From Balanoglossus misakiensis (Eukaryota; Animalia; Hemichordata): 64,000 nucleotides of DNA. Below the pieces are notes generated by a model, which saw only the letters and a program-made list of their open reading frames with translations, ran no database searches and was not told the origin of the DNA. Position 1 is the stretch's first letter. Each line of letters begins with the position of its first letter. This document shows positions 49,832 through 64,000 of the stretch, in pieces. The stretch spans positions 11,360,909 to 11,424,908 of the forward strand of contig CM082580.2 in the NCBI GenBank assembly GCA_040954595.2, given 5' to 3'. Made by a program: the position numbers and the translations under genes.

Positions 49832-49899
49832 CCACGCGTCCTTATATAGACACTGCCAGGCACGAGCCTCCCCTTGTTAACTGAATTCGACGCATTGTG
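49832..49899 (-). promoter_or_regulatory. TATA element and Sox-type 12-mer of Fer3-like paralogue 5
   Basis: GTGTCTATATAAGGACGCGTG on - (49833-49853) versus GTGCCTATATAAAGACGCGTG at 18161-18181. CGACGCATTGTG at 49888-49899. Confidence 0.7.
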
Positions 49900-52800
49900 A
49901 GCGTGATTTGCAAGGTAACAACTGAGTACAATAGACTCGAGAATCATGTCACTTCAATGAGAACACAATAGGAGCCTATTTTCTAAACATAGCCCGCGAA
50001 CTACTATCCCGCCGATGTTAATATGCTGGCACGCTTACACATTACGGAAAGGGGCGTGGGCTAAGTTACCCGATCCTCTCATTGGTCAGTGACTTATCGC
50101 CAACTTTGCATACATCTAGGAGTCGTTCAATTTAAATGACAAAGGCTGCGTTTTTACGCTCCTGGCATTTGTACATATTCTTACCCCTCGTTCCAAAGCA
50201 ATTAATCAAAAGGTAGTTAATTTCTCGTCAGCGAGCGCAATCCCTTGTCCGCTGTAATAATCTCTCAGCTGCCGTCAGTTTAAGCCAGCGTCTGTAAAAA
50301 CCAAACAGCATAACTTTTCATGACCATGGTTTTAACGTCTTTTAATATCGCCACACAATCTCCAAAACCCACAGTCGTCTGGAAAAACACAATCACGCAT
50401 TTTAAACGAACCGCTATTCAGAATGACTGACACTCCTTCGATCACGGTATGTCTCAGGCCGGCCGGCTACCCTCAACCGAAATTTTGGCCAAATCTTCCG
50501 TGTTTCAGCGAAGGAGTCAGTATTCCACCATTGCAAAATATATCTCTGATTGTATTTTTCACACAGGGATGCGTTAAATCTTGACTGAAGGTTCGATGCT
50601 ACACCCATATAACCGGGTAGAAAGGTTTGTCATTGTCATAATATAAATCAACGCCTGTCACCAACGAAAAAGACAAAAACAATACCATGACATCCTAATT
50701 ACATCAGGAAAAAAAACGGAACGAAATAAACATCGTTCAGTCAAAACCCAACGTTTCCTAATTACTGATATTTCGGTAACTCGCCAAAAGTGCGCATGCA
50801 CTCTGAGACTGTAATCGGGCCGATCATATTTTTTCCGGGAACTACTAGGTCGCTGTCACCGACAATGACACTACTTTGTCAGCGGTTATATAAAGTACAC
50901 AATCTCGGAGCCCGCAGTTGATTGATTGGGCGCGCAAGTGCACGTATATATAGTTCGACTTCGCCCGGTCGTCTGCGCGCAACAGTTGGGTTCCAAGATA
51001 ATAATTTACTTCGATGTGAAATGCAAAGATAGGGAACGATATAAAAGACCTGATAGAGGCGGTTGCAGACGAGAGTGCGGCCAAGAAAGACAGTTGGGCG
51101 AGACATTACATTCTACAGCCAAGCCACAAACAAAAGGCCCCCGAAGTTGGTCGTAACATACGGGTATGGTGAGGGCATCTATAGTGACATCTAAGATAGA
51201 CAACACCTACGAAGATGGTGGGCAGGCACAACAATTGGTGACGGGGTACAACAACAGAGTTACCACGTGACGGAGATTATGGGAAAACTACGAACCCTCA
51301 TTTTGAAAATAGACTGCGTGCTCCAATCGCCAGGGTGAAAGCATTGGGTCGTGTACCGGTCAACCAGCCGACAATATTCAGCCGAGGTGTAAAAAAAAAT
51401 CACTATTTACTCGCGGCGAACTGAACAAACGGGAATAAAGTGGGGGAAACAAGAAACGAACAAAGAAGTTAATATCAGACAATTCGCTGTTGGCAACTTG
51501 CATACTTTATGACGTTTCGGTTGGCGTACTTGCAGGGGACGCTGGAACTGAAGCCCGTATTGTCATTTCTACGAATTTTCATTGTCGATTGAAATGAACT
51601 TTTTTGCGCCTTCGATCAATGTCGTCTCGCATGGCACAGTAGCTATATGCCCGAAGTTTCTCCCACAAATGCTTTTTTAGTCTGCAAAACCCTTTTAGGA
51701 CAAGTCCTGTCGTCACCCTGTGTTGTTTTTATAAATATCTGGCCACTAACGAATCTGAATTATGCTTTAATTTACTTTCGATGAGTAAGATGTTGACTGC
51801 CGCCCCGTATTGACACAGTAAGCAAACGAGCATGCGTCGGAAAACTGACGTTTTCTTTAACAACAGCGACACGCTCCCTGCTACAGACGTTTACTTTGAA
51901 AATGCAACTACTGAAAGAACATTGTGTAAAAAGAGCTAGGATATCTTGACTAGCCAGAAAGTAGTGTCTGCATCCCCTGTTTTCGAAGAGAAAACAACCC
52001 AAGTGCATCATCGAATAGCCATAAAATACTGAGGATAGATGATCTGGTAGCCCGTAACCCCGTCTTTTGTTTTCGCGAATAAAAGGTATTTTGTTTTTAA
52101 AACAACGACTATTCTGGGACGCTATTTTATTCACCGTATTCAATTGCGGTAAAGATGCAATTACTCGGTGTGGCATTTTACGACCCACTACGATCGAAAT
52201 CGCAAACACCGCGGCGGACACGGAGCACGTATCGATCGAAAAACGAACTTTCTCATGCGTTTCGAAGGGCCGGGTCCAGCGGAGGACAGGTCGCATGGGT
52301 TACACGAGAATTATATGCTGCTAAAGTTAACGACCAGCCGTCTACGTTTCAAAAATATACACGGCTCGTTTGTTGAAACAAAACATTCAAAATTCTCTAG
52401 GCGTTAATTGTCGTCATGAAGGTTTGAGCCCCCCCCCCTCCCCCGCCCAATAAGGCTACTGGGTTACACTTCGGACAAGAGAGACTTGCATCGAGGTAAA
52501 CACAAGGGAGCTTCCTTATATTAGATGACGGCTCCGTTTCAAAGTTTCCCCCGTCAAAGTTCTTCAACCTTTGCCGTGATTTGCACAACTGGTAATTTCT
52601 CTTGGATTTCGCAGACACTCTTTGTATTTAGACAGCTGTTGGCGACGTCTTTCAAACACCAAAACGCAGTATTTTATCGGGAACGCGGGAGCAGGGACTA
52701 AATTCCCATGCCTGTTTACAAAGTGATTGTTAACCGTACATCTCCCGTGTCGCGACTACACTGGGACCAATCGAAATTCTCCACACACGACGATACTAAT

Positions 52801-55800
52801 CGGGGTTTTTTTTAAATCGCCGTATCTTATTCGCTCGGAGAAAATAAAAACGCTACTGGCTAACAACCCTGTCCTGCAGACTCATACCGTTGACCTCACC
52901 GCGTGCAACACCTCGCGTCACACAGCATAATGTACAAAACAGACAACAGTCACGGTACTCATAGTAACCACATTCGGACAGCGCCATCACACACGAGAAC
53001 TCAACAGGGAACATGGCGCCGGAGTGTCACCTTACTGCACGCATCATGGCGTTCATCTCAAATGAATCGCAACCCAGTCCATTTTTTTTCAGACACATTC
53101 AAAGGAAATATAGTTTTGGGATGTTTCAGCGATCTAATAGACCATATTAATACTGTAACAACATAATTTACTAGTATCTCAGAATAACCCTATAAAATGT
53201 TGGGATACCAGTAAAAATTCGATACTTTCGAATCACCCTACGTGCAGACCGTGTATTGACAACAGTAAAGAGTTTGATTCCACCATAGGTCGGAGTTCAA
53301 AGACAATAATTGTAAGTGTATATAACTGGATAATGTGTAACTGATAGTCTTGTACATTATAAGTGCCTTAGGTCAATATATTTGTGAGATAAACGATAAG
53401 GCCTTATCCCAGAGAGTGTCATCGAGTACACGGAAGTCCACAACAAGAACGAGGTGGGCATTTTTCTTCGCCAAAGGTCGGTGCATTTCTCATCTTCAAA
53501 GAAGATGTGCATGCGCAGTGGAGACTTTCGGGGAAGATACCAGCTCAAATACGGAATCCCGTAGGCACGACTTTCTCTCCGACCACGAAACATGCAACGC
53601 TTAACAGCACAAAGCGTTCAAACCTATACGCGCCCACGCTGAAAAGTTCTCCACCCGAAACCCACATGATTTGTTTGTGAATGACAAAAGACCAAGCCAT
53701 GATTCACCGTTGTCAAAGATGCGTCTACAAAGTCGTGATCTATATGAATGGGAAAAAAAGACGAAAAAAGACATGTGTGTTTTGTACTTCTAATAATACA
53801 GGTGCCCTCAGAAACAATGATTTTTTAAAGGAAAATTAAAGTGCGGCAAACTAAATTACAGGGATGGAGAAAAATAACCAACTTCAGTCGTTGTTGCAGT
53901 CAATTCACTCGTGTTCTCAGCCTTAAGCTTTATTCAGTCTTTTTTTGGCGGAGATAGTCTCGGCATCTATCGGGTTTTGCGTGAATCATCTCGACGAGAG
54001 ACCTCACTTTTGAGACGCAGTTACTTATTTTATTGCATTGTAACATGTGTCTCTACAAAGGGGATGCATGGCTTCACAATTTCTGCTCGGCGTCAGAAAT
54101 ATATGGAGAGGGCGATAAGTAAACCCAACCTTCCTCGCCGCCTGACACATTCATTCTCGACACCTGTTCTCGTGTCGTCGTCTGCCGACATGACGTCATT
54201 AACACTCATATAATTTTTCCATTTCATCTGCAGTGCGACTCTATAGTTCTCTATAAAAGCAACATCTGAGTTCGGTGACCTCATATCATATCCTATAGAT
54301 ATACACCTATTTCACGTACCGCAAAGATTTGCAGAAGTAAACTGAATTTCTTCCTCCTATAATAGTTTTCAAACTAAACGTAAATATCATATTATCAACC
54401 ACTACCTTTTTCGAAAAAATTGACAACCAACGCGACCCCATTAACCAAGAATTCGTCAATCCATTTCTAATTTGAAATAACGGATATCTTGAAGAACTAT
54501 AGCTTTTGGCCACGAGAATAATTCGCAAATTCAATAATTGGCAATAAACTCTTTTTAGTCTCACCAGGGCTTAAGAACATAACTGTCAACAATAACAATA
54601 CACGTCAAATTCATGTAAAGTCAGTATTGACACATCAAATACTGGGTATTTCAACTTGCTGAAGTAGATTCGGGAACAGAAATCGAGAAATGGGGAAAAA
54701 AGTGTTCTGGAAAAAATCATTAGCTACAGTCGCAGTTACTGGGGCTTTAACAAACGTTGACCTTAAACGGACAATTTCAATTTTGCAAAATAGAACTGTA
54801 TTCTCCCATTTTCCTTATTGTCTCGATTTCACCTTGTTGATTTGTCACGATCCGCACTTAGCAAGAACAATCACCATGTGTACAGCATTTATTGGCACAT
54901 TCGTTTTAGGCTCTTAATTATCATTAAAAAAGACTCCGCGCCCGCATATACGTCTACAACCTGAGCTGACAGCACCGTACAAACAAACTTGCTGGTAGCC
55001 CGAACTCGACGAAAAAAGTTTTTGACACAGGTGGATGTACGTAGGGCTTTGAAACAAAATCGGACAGGAAAAGGTCGCATATATTAAAACAGCGAACACG
55101 TGGCAAATGTAGAACTGCAGTTGTAAGCAAGGTGGACATTTTATATTGTCTGTACCCCTACAGAAAAGAAAACAACCATTTTATCTGATATATCGATTTC
55201 GAAACCGCTTCATTAAAAGCGCACCCTCGTCAGCCAGTCTTCAACTTAGCGGCAAAGCAAACCGTTGCTATGGCACTTGCTTATGATACTTCAAAGTTAA
55301 AAGGTCTATGAAGATATTCACATTTGTTTCAGCTTAAATCTCTATCCCTTTTGAATAAATCTTGTTTTAGAGAGGTCGGGATTCTTATATGGACGTTGTA
55401 GAGGTTCGACCACCTGTTGATGGCTACAACCACGAAAACATATTGGAGAAGGAGGCAAAATCACAACTTGTAAAAGAAACACCTGCCAAGTCCTACTACG
55501 AGACTTATTTGTTATTTCACGCGAAAAACACGTACCGAACGACCGAATAAAATACACCGTACGTCATCAGACGTTTGTGCATTTATCAGCTTTTCTGCCG
55601 ACACAACATACTCTACAACTTCTTCAGTCTCATTCAGAATGTATACTTTAAAAAACGCGCACCGGAGCTAGCGGTGGATTCCAGGTGGTCATGTGCAGGA
55701 TAATTCTATTCTGGTCACTTTGCTTTGATAAATGCCCCGGTAGTTTCAACACCTGGCGATTGAGAAATGCGAAAACATTAATCGCAGATCGCGCGCTCTG

Positions 55801-56791
55801 TCAGGGCACAGGCAAGGCTTGCAAAGTTTCAGTTCAAGTGAGAACTATAACGCATGCGCATTGCGCTCCGTTTGTGGCGCGTTTGCTGCGGCAGTTTGGA
55901 GAAATTGCGTCCGACGTCGGAGAGATTTCGCGAGGATTTTGTCGATGTCAAACTATATCCCAACGACGTCGTTTTTTTATGTAATGCTCTAATGAAATTA
56001 CCACGGCGTTCAGATAGGACAGGCAACCTTGTTCTTGAGTTTCGAGGCAAATGGGTGGGTCGGGGGTCGTGCCTTGGATGCATATTTGTGTTGGCGGTTG
56101 GTGTCGATGGAGTGATGGAAACTACCAGTACATCACGCGTACACTGTTGCACAAATATTAAGTGTCACGGCAAAGAAACTCGATTGTCCGCCCACTTTTG
56201 ACCTTTCAAATCCAGGATCCGGCGCCGGATCTGAATAACCAAGGCAAACGAAATTGGACCCACTTATAATTGGCAATACTGGACATGTGTATATGCGACA
56301 CTTCAAATTGCCGGCTAATTCGATCATCAGCTTTTCCAACACTGATTGGTTTTCGTCCCTTGCATGTTAGAGTTAAACAAAGATCTATTCAGTCGAAATG
56401 CAGTAAATGTCGGCGTTTCCAATCTTTCTCCCACGTTTCTAGAGTACAAGCCCAGACGTAACTGACGAGATCCCTTCAACCACGTTCTGAACTATCATCC
56501 CCCGCGTCATTTTAAAACGCAGTTTATCATTTTGATTGTCATATCGGAAATTTACAATCTGGATTAATTTCTTTGACGTTTCAAATATGCGAAAAGGCCG
56601 CCAGCTGTCTTTGTTTCTAAAAGAAAAATGGGCATGTCGCCGCACTGCAATGGTACGACGCATTGAGACACACAGTGCCCTAGGACATTTAGGTGAAACT
56701 GATAGGGGGCGCAACAGTTTGGGACATTTAGGTACAACCTGGGCTCTGGGGCAGGCTTTGCCGAAAGTTTGTCCGCTCGTTAGCATATATC

Positions 56792-56830
56792 TCGATAGTT
56801 GATGCACTGTGAAAGTGCATCAACTATCGA
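56792..56830. repeat. Perfect 17-bp inverted repeat with 5-nt spacer
   Basis: TCGATAGTTGATGCACT-GTGAA-AGTGCATCAACTATCGA. Confidence 0.9.
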
Positions 56831-57767
56831 TGTACTGTGTACAGACTTCCAACATCAAATCTGAACTTATACAAAGAAATGACCGGAAGAGTGATTCACG
56901 AGAGTTTAGGAAACGGCTCTGTGAATTCAAACGACCATAAGTTAAGCGTTAACTAGGCAATTTTTGCGTGATTTTGTTCGTGTTCTTTTACCCGTAGGTT
57001 ACCGTTAACAGTCTGTGCCTCTAAGGTGGATGTAAAGTTTTCAAGATCGTTGCAGTTTGATTTTAAATACAATGGGGTACGTTGAATACCGCTAGCATTT
57101 ATGATACCGCCAAATGTCAAGGTCACATACGTGCTGCTGCTGCTCTGGTGGAACACGGTGATAATCGCGACTAAATGGCGGATAAGTACTCTGATAAGAG
57201 ACACACTTGAAAACAAAAACAAAGTCGCAATAAATCCAGTGATCGTCCCATTAACTGCATCGGACTCAATCGACGTCCGATTTTATCGGTGCTGCCGTTG
57301 AATAGCAGTGTTGACAATGTGATTAAGACAGTTTACACAGAGGAACACTACTTGGGGTAAATGCTATCCTCACTCAGTGTGCGCATTGACTTGTAGTCGC
57401 TAATACAAATCAAATGGAATAACGGACAAGTCGCCTAAACAAAGGTAGCGCGACGCGGTAAAATATTACAGTTCTTCTTTATGCCATGTTAATGAATGGT
57501 GGGTACACGTACTGTGTAAGGGGTTCACCCAACAGTTGCTGTCACTGTGGGGTCATATGCGAAGAGAATCCAGGTCTTCCGGTCGACTAACGAATGTCGT
57601 AAATCCTAGGGAACAAAACGATCAAACTTGCTGAAGTGCCAACGTGTCGTTCGTGTGTAGATCTGTGCATAGACCGTTGAACGAGAAAACTAGCAACACG
57701 GTCTGTGATCGACGCAACTTTGCCATGTCGCTGACCTTGAACACATTTCAAGATCATATCTTTCGGG

Positions 57768-57860
57768 CAGACAGACAGACAGACAGAAAGACACACAGAC
57801 AGAGAGGCAGAGAGACAGACGGAGAGACAAACAGAGACAGAGAGAGAGAGAGAGAAAGAG
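57768..57860. repeat. Imperfect (AGAC)n/(AG)n low-complexity repeat
   Basis: cagacagacagac...agagagagag read directly. Confidence 0.85.
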
Positions 57861-60453
57861 AAAGAACCAGGCAAAGGGATTTGACTCAGAGAGCCAGGTC
57901 GAAAGCCTCGGCTTTCTTGCTTGAACAAATGCCGGCTTTAACGCGTGTATTTTAATTAAACTACTATTTGAAATTCAGTTGATGTTACGTTCTTGCCAAA
58001 CACAACAAAAAGAAAGGGACAAACAAACAAACGAACAAACAAACTACCATTCTTTCTCACGTGTTTGGTTGGCATGGAAATGCCTTGCGTATCGCGATTG
58101 CCCAGGTTAGGTCAGCTGAACTTTCAAGCCGGGAATTTTGAATCGGTCGACATGCGACGGATGAAACCGACGTTAAGAATTCATTTCCCACACAGATGAA
58201 GTATTGTGTAAAGAACATGTATTACGTGATTAATTAATGACAGCTTAGAAACGAGCAAACTCTTGATGAATCGGTTTAGAGAGAATACCGCTTGGTGTAA
58301 AAAAGGTTCTCTACACAGCGCCATCGACATTGTCCATAGGCAGGTGTGTTGATACCAACACACTAAGCGATGGACGAAGTGTTGGACGCAGGGTCAAGAA
58401 AAGTTGCCGAAGGGGGTTTCTCACATGGTCCCTCCAAAGCATGTCATCGATTTCATCTGGAGGACTGTTATTACCGACCAGTCAGATGGGAAACCTATTA
58501 GCGGTCCCGTAGACAGGGCAACGCAGCACGACACCTTTGCAACGTCACCCATCTTTCATCCGGGGGCCTTTCTTTCCACCCAGCATTGGCAAGCCACTGG
58601 GCACGCCTCTTGTGGCGTGCACTCCACGTCCATTTATCTCATTCCCGTGAAATATTGCTCCCCCATTTTGCGAAGAGACGCGACAGATTTCGATGTTTCA
58701 ACGGGACACAAAGCTCGGAAACACCAATTAAACTAGAGATGGAAAATCGAGTGCAGAAGTCGACTCGCTCGAGGCTATAATGGCAGAGGCGACAAGTACA
58801 CACCCGTTATTTAAGTTCCGTGGGCTATACCTTTGCACTTTTTTCAATTGACAATCTTGTGAAAGTCAGAGTTGTGCAACAACACCTTTTTTTTCTCGAC
58901 AGCCCCGCGGCTGAAGGCAATCTTTCATCTCCGTGGAAACAGCTACGTGGGAAAGTGATTATTGCAACTTATCGTAATCAAACGTATTATGTATTATAAA
59001 AACATGTAAAGATTGCTTTGCACTTGAAGACGCGACAAACATAAGCGTGCGTGGAGCAGAAATGGATCAGGACAGCAGATTTTGACACTTCACAAGCGCT
59101 TGATGACTTGGAGCTTACTTTAGGACGTGAGGGGTAACTTTTAAAATTTACCAAAAAGACACTTTCACTCTCGTGTCTTTGTGTTTTCAATTACTTAACC
59201 GCGACTCTTATACACGCTTTTGGCATTTGCTTACAGTAGCGTGGCATTAGTGGATTATTTATGCTTCATATCATGAAAAAAATAATAGTGTTGATTTTTT
59301 TATGGAATGTACCAGTTACCGTCAAAACATGGGTTTAAACAAGTCCAGCGTCGGAACTGCTGTTTACTCACTTGGAAAATCATGCCCAATTAAAGGTCGT
59401 GGCACTTTCTTTAATCGGGAAAGGTCGCTTGCCCCTCGGTTGCTTTTCAATGTTTAACACTGAGGGAAGTCACACTGGTCGAGTCTGTGTGCTTGGCGAA
59501 GCATGCCCTTGTTTATCGGTTGTCAAACTCTGCCGACACTTCTGAATGTAACGAATGTATATCATTATGAGCTAACCAAATGTTTAACCACAAACATTTG
59601 GTGGGCTCTGGGAGTTATTGTCACCGTAACATGGCCGCGAAAGTCTCAGAAGGAAAAAATAACATGACCTACAGTAATGGAAAACTTCATGCGAAATCGA
59701 TATTTGATTTGCTGAACATGCTGTAACTTACTAGGATATTGGCGTAACACACGAAATTATATTTTAAAAAATTATAACACTTTAAAGCAATCGGCGAGAA
59801 TCTTTCTCCAGAACATACTTTTTTTCTATAAAAGAAACCACCAAAAGATAAAACTTAATCCAAGTATTGTTACTTCCGAGTGGTTCGTTGTTTACTTGCA
59901 AAAGGCATGATGTTATTGTTTACTATAATTTGGTAACAGCGGACCTGACACTGATAACATTTACATTACAAGCACACAGTGGTCGTTAACGATCAATTGT
60001 ACACGCCATCAGAAAAACGCGACACCGATTAACAGTTCTTCGCTTGTACTCTTTGTCGTGTTGGGAACACAATTCATTGAGGAAAAAGAAAGGAATGGGA
60101 AAGAAGAACAATCTAATTACCTGGCTCGCGAGCTGCGCACGCCAAGGTGAGAAGTACGATACACTCAGATCTCTGAGTTAAAATAACAAGTCAATGGAGA
60201 CCCACACTCTTTTGTTTTAACGCTCAATGGGGACACTTTCATGATCCCTGAGAGATCCTACAGCTGGCATTTTGATAGTATGGGTTTACCAATTTTACTT
60301 CAGAGTTTGTGCACTTTTATCGCAGAAAAAAACTCGAATTTTGGCTATTAACGATCAAAGGGTGAAAAGTTGAATTATGATGATGATGACGCCGTACCAA
60401 CCCTAACCCAATGATGTAAAAGGTCGCTCAGGGGTCACGAAATGACCTATTAC

Positions 60454-60600
<147 letters not shown>

Positions 60601-60737
60601 CGAATGTTTGTTATAACGTGTCTCAGGAATATAGGGGCTGGTGGCAAAAAGTTTTTGCGTTCCCACGTTCTGAACAGTAATCAGTGACGAAAACGTTATT
60701 CAAACATTGGTTTTCTTTTCTTTTCTTTTCTTTTCAG

Positions 60738-60989
60738 ATACGGGTCGTTATCACTTGACTGTGAATGCGACAAACAGTGAGCATCGGGTACGAACAACAA
60801 GATCGGCGATCCACGAAAGAGTTGAGGTGTCAACCGGGGGTGTCACAACTGTGATGGAAACAACCACACAAGAAACCAACGGGAGTCGCCGTATGATGGA
60901 CGGGACTCGCGTGCCGCTGTGTGACGTCGACTCGGCCAGGTTTGACTTTTCGCGGATCACGTGTCATCCTTGCAAGCCCATTCTCACCT
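60738..60989 (+). CDS. Probable internal coding exon (phase 1-1, 252 nt) of a secreted or membrane protein with a Thr-rich stretch and TNFR-like Cys motif
   Basis: Strong polypyrimidine acceptor (TTTTC)n-AG ending at 60737; donor GTAGGT at 60990; open frame (D)TGRYHLTVNATNSEHRVRTTRSAIHERVEVSTGGVTTVMETTTQETNGSRRMMDGTRVPLCDVDSARFDFSRITCHPCKPILT. Contains N-glycosylation sequons NAT and NGS and a furin-like RTTR. Partner exons not identified. Confidence 0.55.
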
Positions 60990-63767
60990 GTAGGTGCTAA
61001 CGATACAGCTGGCAAACCCATTCACACGTGACTTGACGCCTGCCAAATCCCGTAACACTACTGAATATATGCAAATTGCAAGAAACGTTCTCACCTACTC
61101 GACAACGCTGAAACGACCTTTTTTTCGCTCCCGATTCGGCAATGTTTCGGTGAGTTATATAGTATTCAAACGGAAGTGTAAAGAACTGCATTCATTTGTT
61201 CGCGCCTTCTCATGCTAACTCAGTGAAGTCAAAATGCAAATTTTCAACTCGCCTTCCCAAATTATCTGAAGGTAAACCACGAGCACATTTTATGACACGG
61301 GCCTCTTTGCCACTACTGCTACACCATGCGTGATGCGACTGACACAGGGACATAGTCAGTAACGGCCGGGGACAAAGCTGTTGCTCGTGAGTTTGGTCTC
61401 TGCAATTATATCTTCATTTGGGTCATGATAGGTTGGAAATTATCCTTGGAAATTGGTTTTAATGCGGATATAGTCACTAATGGCGTGGGTGGCATTAACC
61501 TACACAAAGGAAAAACCTGGCAGGAACGCTGCGGAAACCAACATATGTTTTTTGCCTAATGGTCGTTTAGTATGCCCTCATGCGGTTAAAACGACCCTTA
61601 CAGTGACATTTCGTTGTTTAATCTGTCGACGCTCTTTTGTCGACATGCAAAACAGCCAGGGTCGGCGAAGGTGATCTGTCTACATCAGCGCCCTTTAACA
61701 CGGGAATCAGCCAGGTTGGAACTATTACAACATAAGCGAGGCGTGGTTGCTCTATCCCTGTTACCGTAAACCCGATTAGGTGTCACGCATGCGTGCTCTT
61801 GTACAGTCGGTCGGACAATCTGAGGACGTCATAGCAAGTGATCAATAGTATCACATGCTTACAACCACAAATTACCAATTTAGAAGGCGTCACCTGGCCT
61901 CAAATTGGGAGTCGGTCACTGTCAAAGCCAAAAATTATTATTCCAAAACAAAGACAAACACGCAACACCGTGATAAAAAAGAAGACGCTCTGTGAAAAAA
62001 AACTTGAATATTTCGAGAGCAGTATGTATGAATGCCTTCCCTCATTTACTAATCATCATTTTTGAAAACCTTGGTAGGGGCTTTTTAACAAAATAACAAC
62101 ATTCTAAACCAGAAACAAAGTTGTAGTGCTGGACGTTTGTTTTGTGTGGTTTCGGCCCGAGCGTGAGAGAAATGAACGGCGACTGTTGGTGCGCAGCCTA
62201 AGATAATATTTGTACATTAAAATTCACCCGATAACTTTCTAAAGTTATTCTTAGCACACTTGCCGTAATATGAGACAAATTCGATTCGACAACAATCGTC
62301 GTCAAAAAAATAAAGAAGAAAAACTGCACCTGTTGGCGCTTAATAGTCGTCGATTTACAGACCGTTCATGGACGAGTTATAGACTGAAATAGGAAAAAAA
62401 ATATTCCGTCGAATTGCACTAATTGAACATGAACGCAATATTCGTGTCAAGATGACGCTATTTTATAACGAACCCAAAGTGGTTTTCCTTTCAGATGCAC
62501 TCACATTGTACAATAACTCCATTTGAAAACGAATGCCAAGATCAAGCCTAATACCTTTTCAAAAGCGAAAACAAATCATCGACATTTTTCGCATACGTTG
62601 TATGAATTGACCGGCATGCGAACGTTTCTCGAGTTACGGCTAAGGAGGCTTAATTTTTTGTGGTTAGATGGCCTTATCAAAACAAGGTTAATTAACGATT
62701 AAGAAGTACTCTCATTTGTTGGTTCAAACGAGTGTCTGCCGACAGCGTTTACCTAGAATATTGTTTGCCCGTCCGATCACGGAGTACTGCATCTTTTTTA
62801 ACTAGCCACCGCTATTAAAGGCTGTAAACATCTGTTTCGGTCAATTAATTGAAAATACAAATGCTGCCAACACTACATGTGTAAATAATACCGTAACGAG
62901 ATTATGAGCGATTGAGTCTGACTAAGTGTTTTCATGGTAGTGATGCGAAAAAAGGTCGTTGTTCTGTCGATGGTGGCATTGTCGGCGTCTTTTGTCGTTA
63001 CGCTCTATTTGTCTCTGCATGTGTTTCTCTGTCTACCTGTCTGTCTGCCTGCCTGTCAGCCCCCCCCCCTGTTTATATATATTCTATCTCTGTCTCCCTC
63101 TTTCGCTGTTTTCGTCTTCGCCGGTGTACAAGAGAAACTTTCCAAATAAACTTGTGTAGTTATTGTCGATGGCTAAATTCATATTGTAATGTTGTGAATT
63201 TGGTTCCGGCCGAGGGTCTGCTTTTGAAACGGCTAGACATTCTATTGAGGTACTGCAATGTGTAAGCTCCAGAAATATCGTTAAACACCTTCTTTTGTAG
63301 AATTTGATAGACAGTTCTTGACGCCGGCTTTGTATTTGTGTGCGGCGGGCGTGGTAGTGCGTATGTGCGCGCGTGCTCTCATGTGTCTGACTTTCCCAAT
63401 GTTCTGCTGGCGCAGTGCCTGTCAATCTTCGCTGCCCGCGGATTATTTTACAACTTGCTATTTTTGCGGCCGATGAATGGACTGTTGGTCAAGCGTGTGT
63501 CCGTATCAAAACTTTTGGAAGAACAAAAAACTTAATTTTGTGTGTTACTGAAGATTGGAGAATGAGCCGCGGGCTTCGAATGGAGAATAGCGCGTTCTTT
63601 AAACGTTCGTGTCGCCACTGTCATAATTTACGATAGGCACATGCGACAGCAGAAGGGACTTTTGAATTTGTTATTCTATAAATTTTCGGCAACCTTTCTC
63701 TTCATACTCGGGATATACTTATTTGCACAATGCAACGAAATTAAATTATATAGAATGGAATAGTGTG

Positions 63768-63822
63768 CAGTACAGTACAGTACAGTACAGAACAGAACAG
63801 TACAGTAGAGTGCAGTACAGTA
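63768..63822. repeat. (CAGTA)n/(CAGAA)n pentanucleotide repeat
   Basis: cagtacagtacagtacagtacagaacagaacagtacagta read directly. Confidence 0.85.
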
Positions 63823-64000
63823 TATGGTGCAGCAACAGTGCCTGACTTATGCACTTTGCAGCCTCTAATATCACTCTCTGAGCATTTCATCAAACAGTTT
63901 TGCGAATACCATCATACAACGGTTTTTAGACAAGTGTGATTTTATTTTCAGCTTTACGTCGAGGTTTTAGATCTATCCTGTGCCCGTGGGATGAGTGTCA

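Overview
Animal genomic DNA with spliceosomal introns, TATA boxes, AATAAA signals and microsatellites. It is probably an invertebrate deuterostome (hemichordate, amphioxus or echinoderm-like), but the species cannot be determined from sequence alone. The window opens with the last eight coding exons of a coiled-coil gene that I recognise from memory as C10orf67-like (96-3179, +). A cluster of seven intronless group-A bHLH transcription-factor genes follows. Two are tandem Mesp/mesogenin-like genes (3906-4775 and 6251-6973, both -). Five are Fer3/Nato3 (FERD3L, PTFb)-like paralogues (14553-15191 +, 18330-19112 +, 31176-32051 -, 33037-33882 -, 48926-49684 -). An orphan single-exon 318-aa gene (9798-10754 +) separates the two groups. 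The paralogues retain recognisably homologous promoters. One Fer3-like protein ends in a Ptf1a-type 'SLSW' peptide, and one Mesp-like copy has a C-terminal frameshift. An isolated phase-1 exon with a TNFR/BCMA-like Cys motif lies at 60738-60989. The most notable point is the C10orf67-Mesp-Fer3x5 arrangement, which may be a remnant of an ancient bHLH gene neighbourhood (human C10orf67 neighbours PTF1A). Family calls come from recalled motifs, not database searches.
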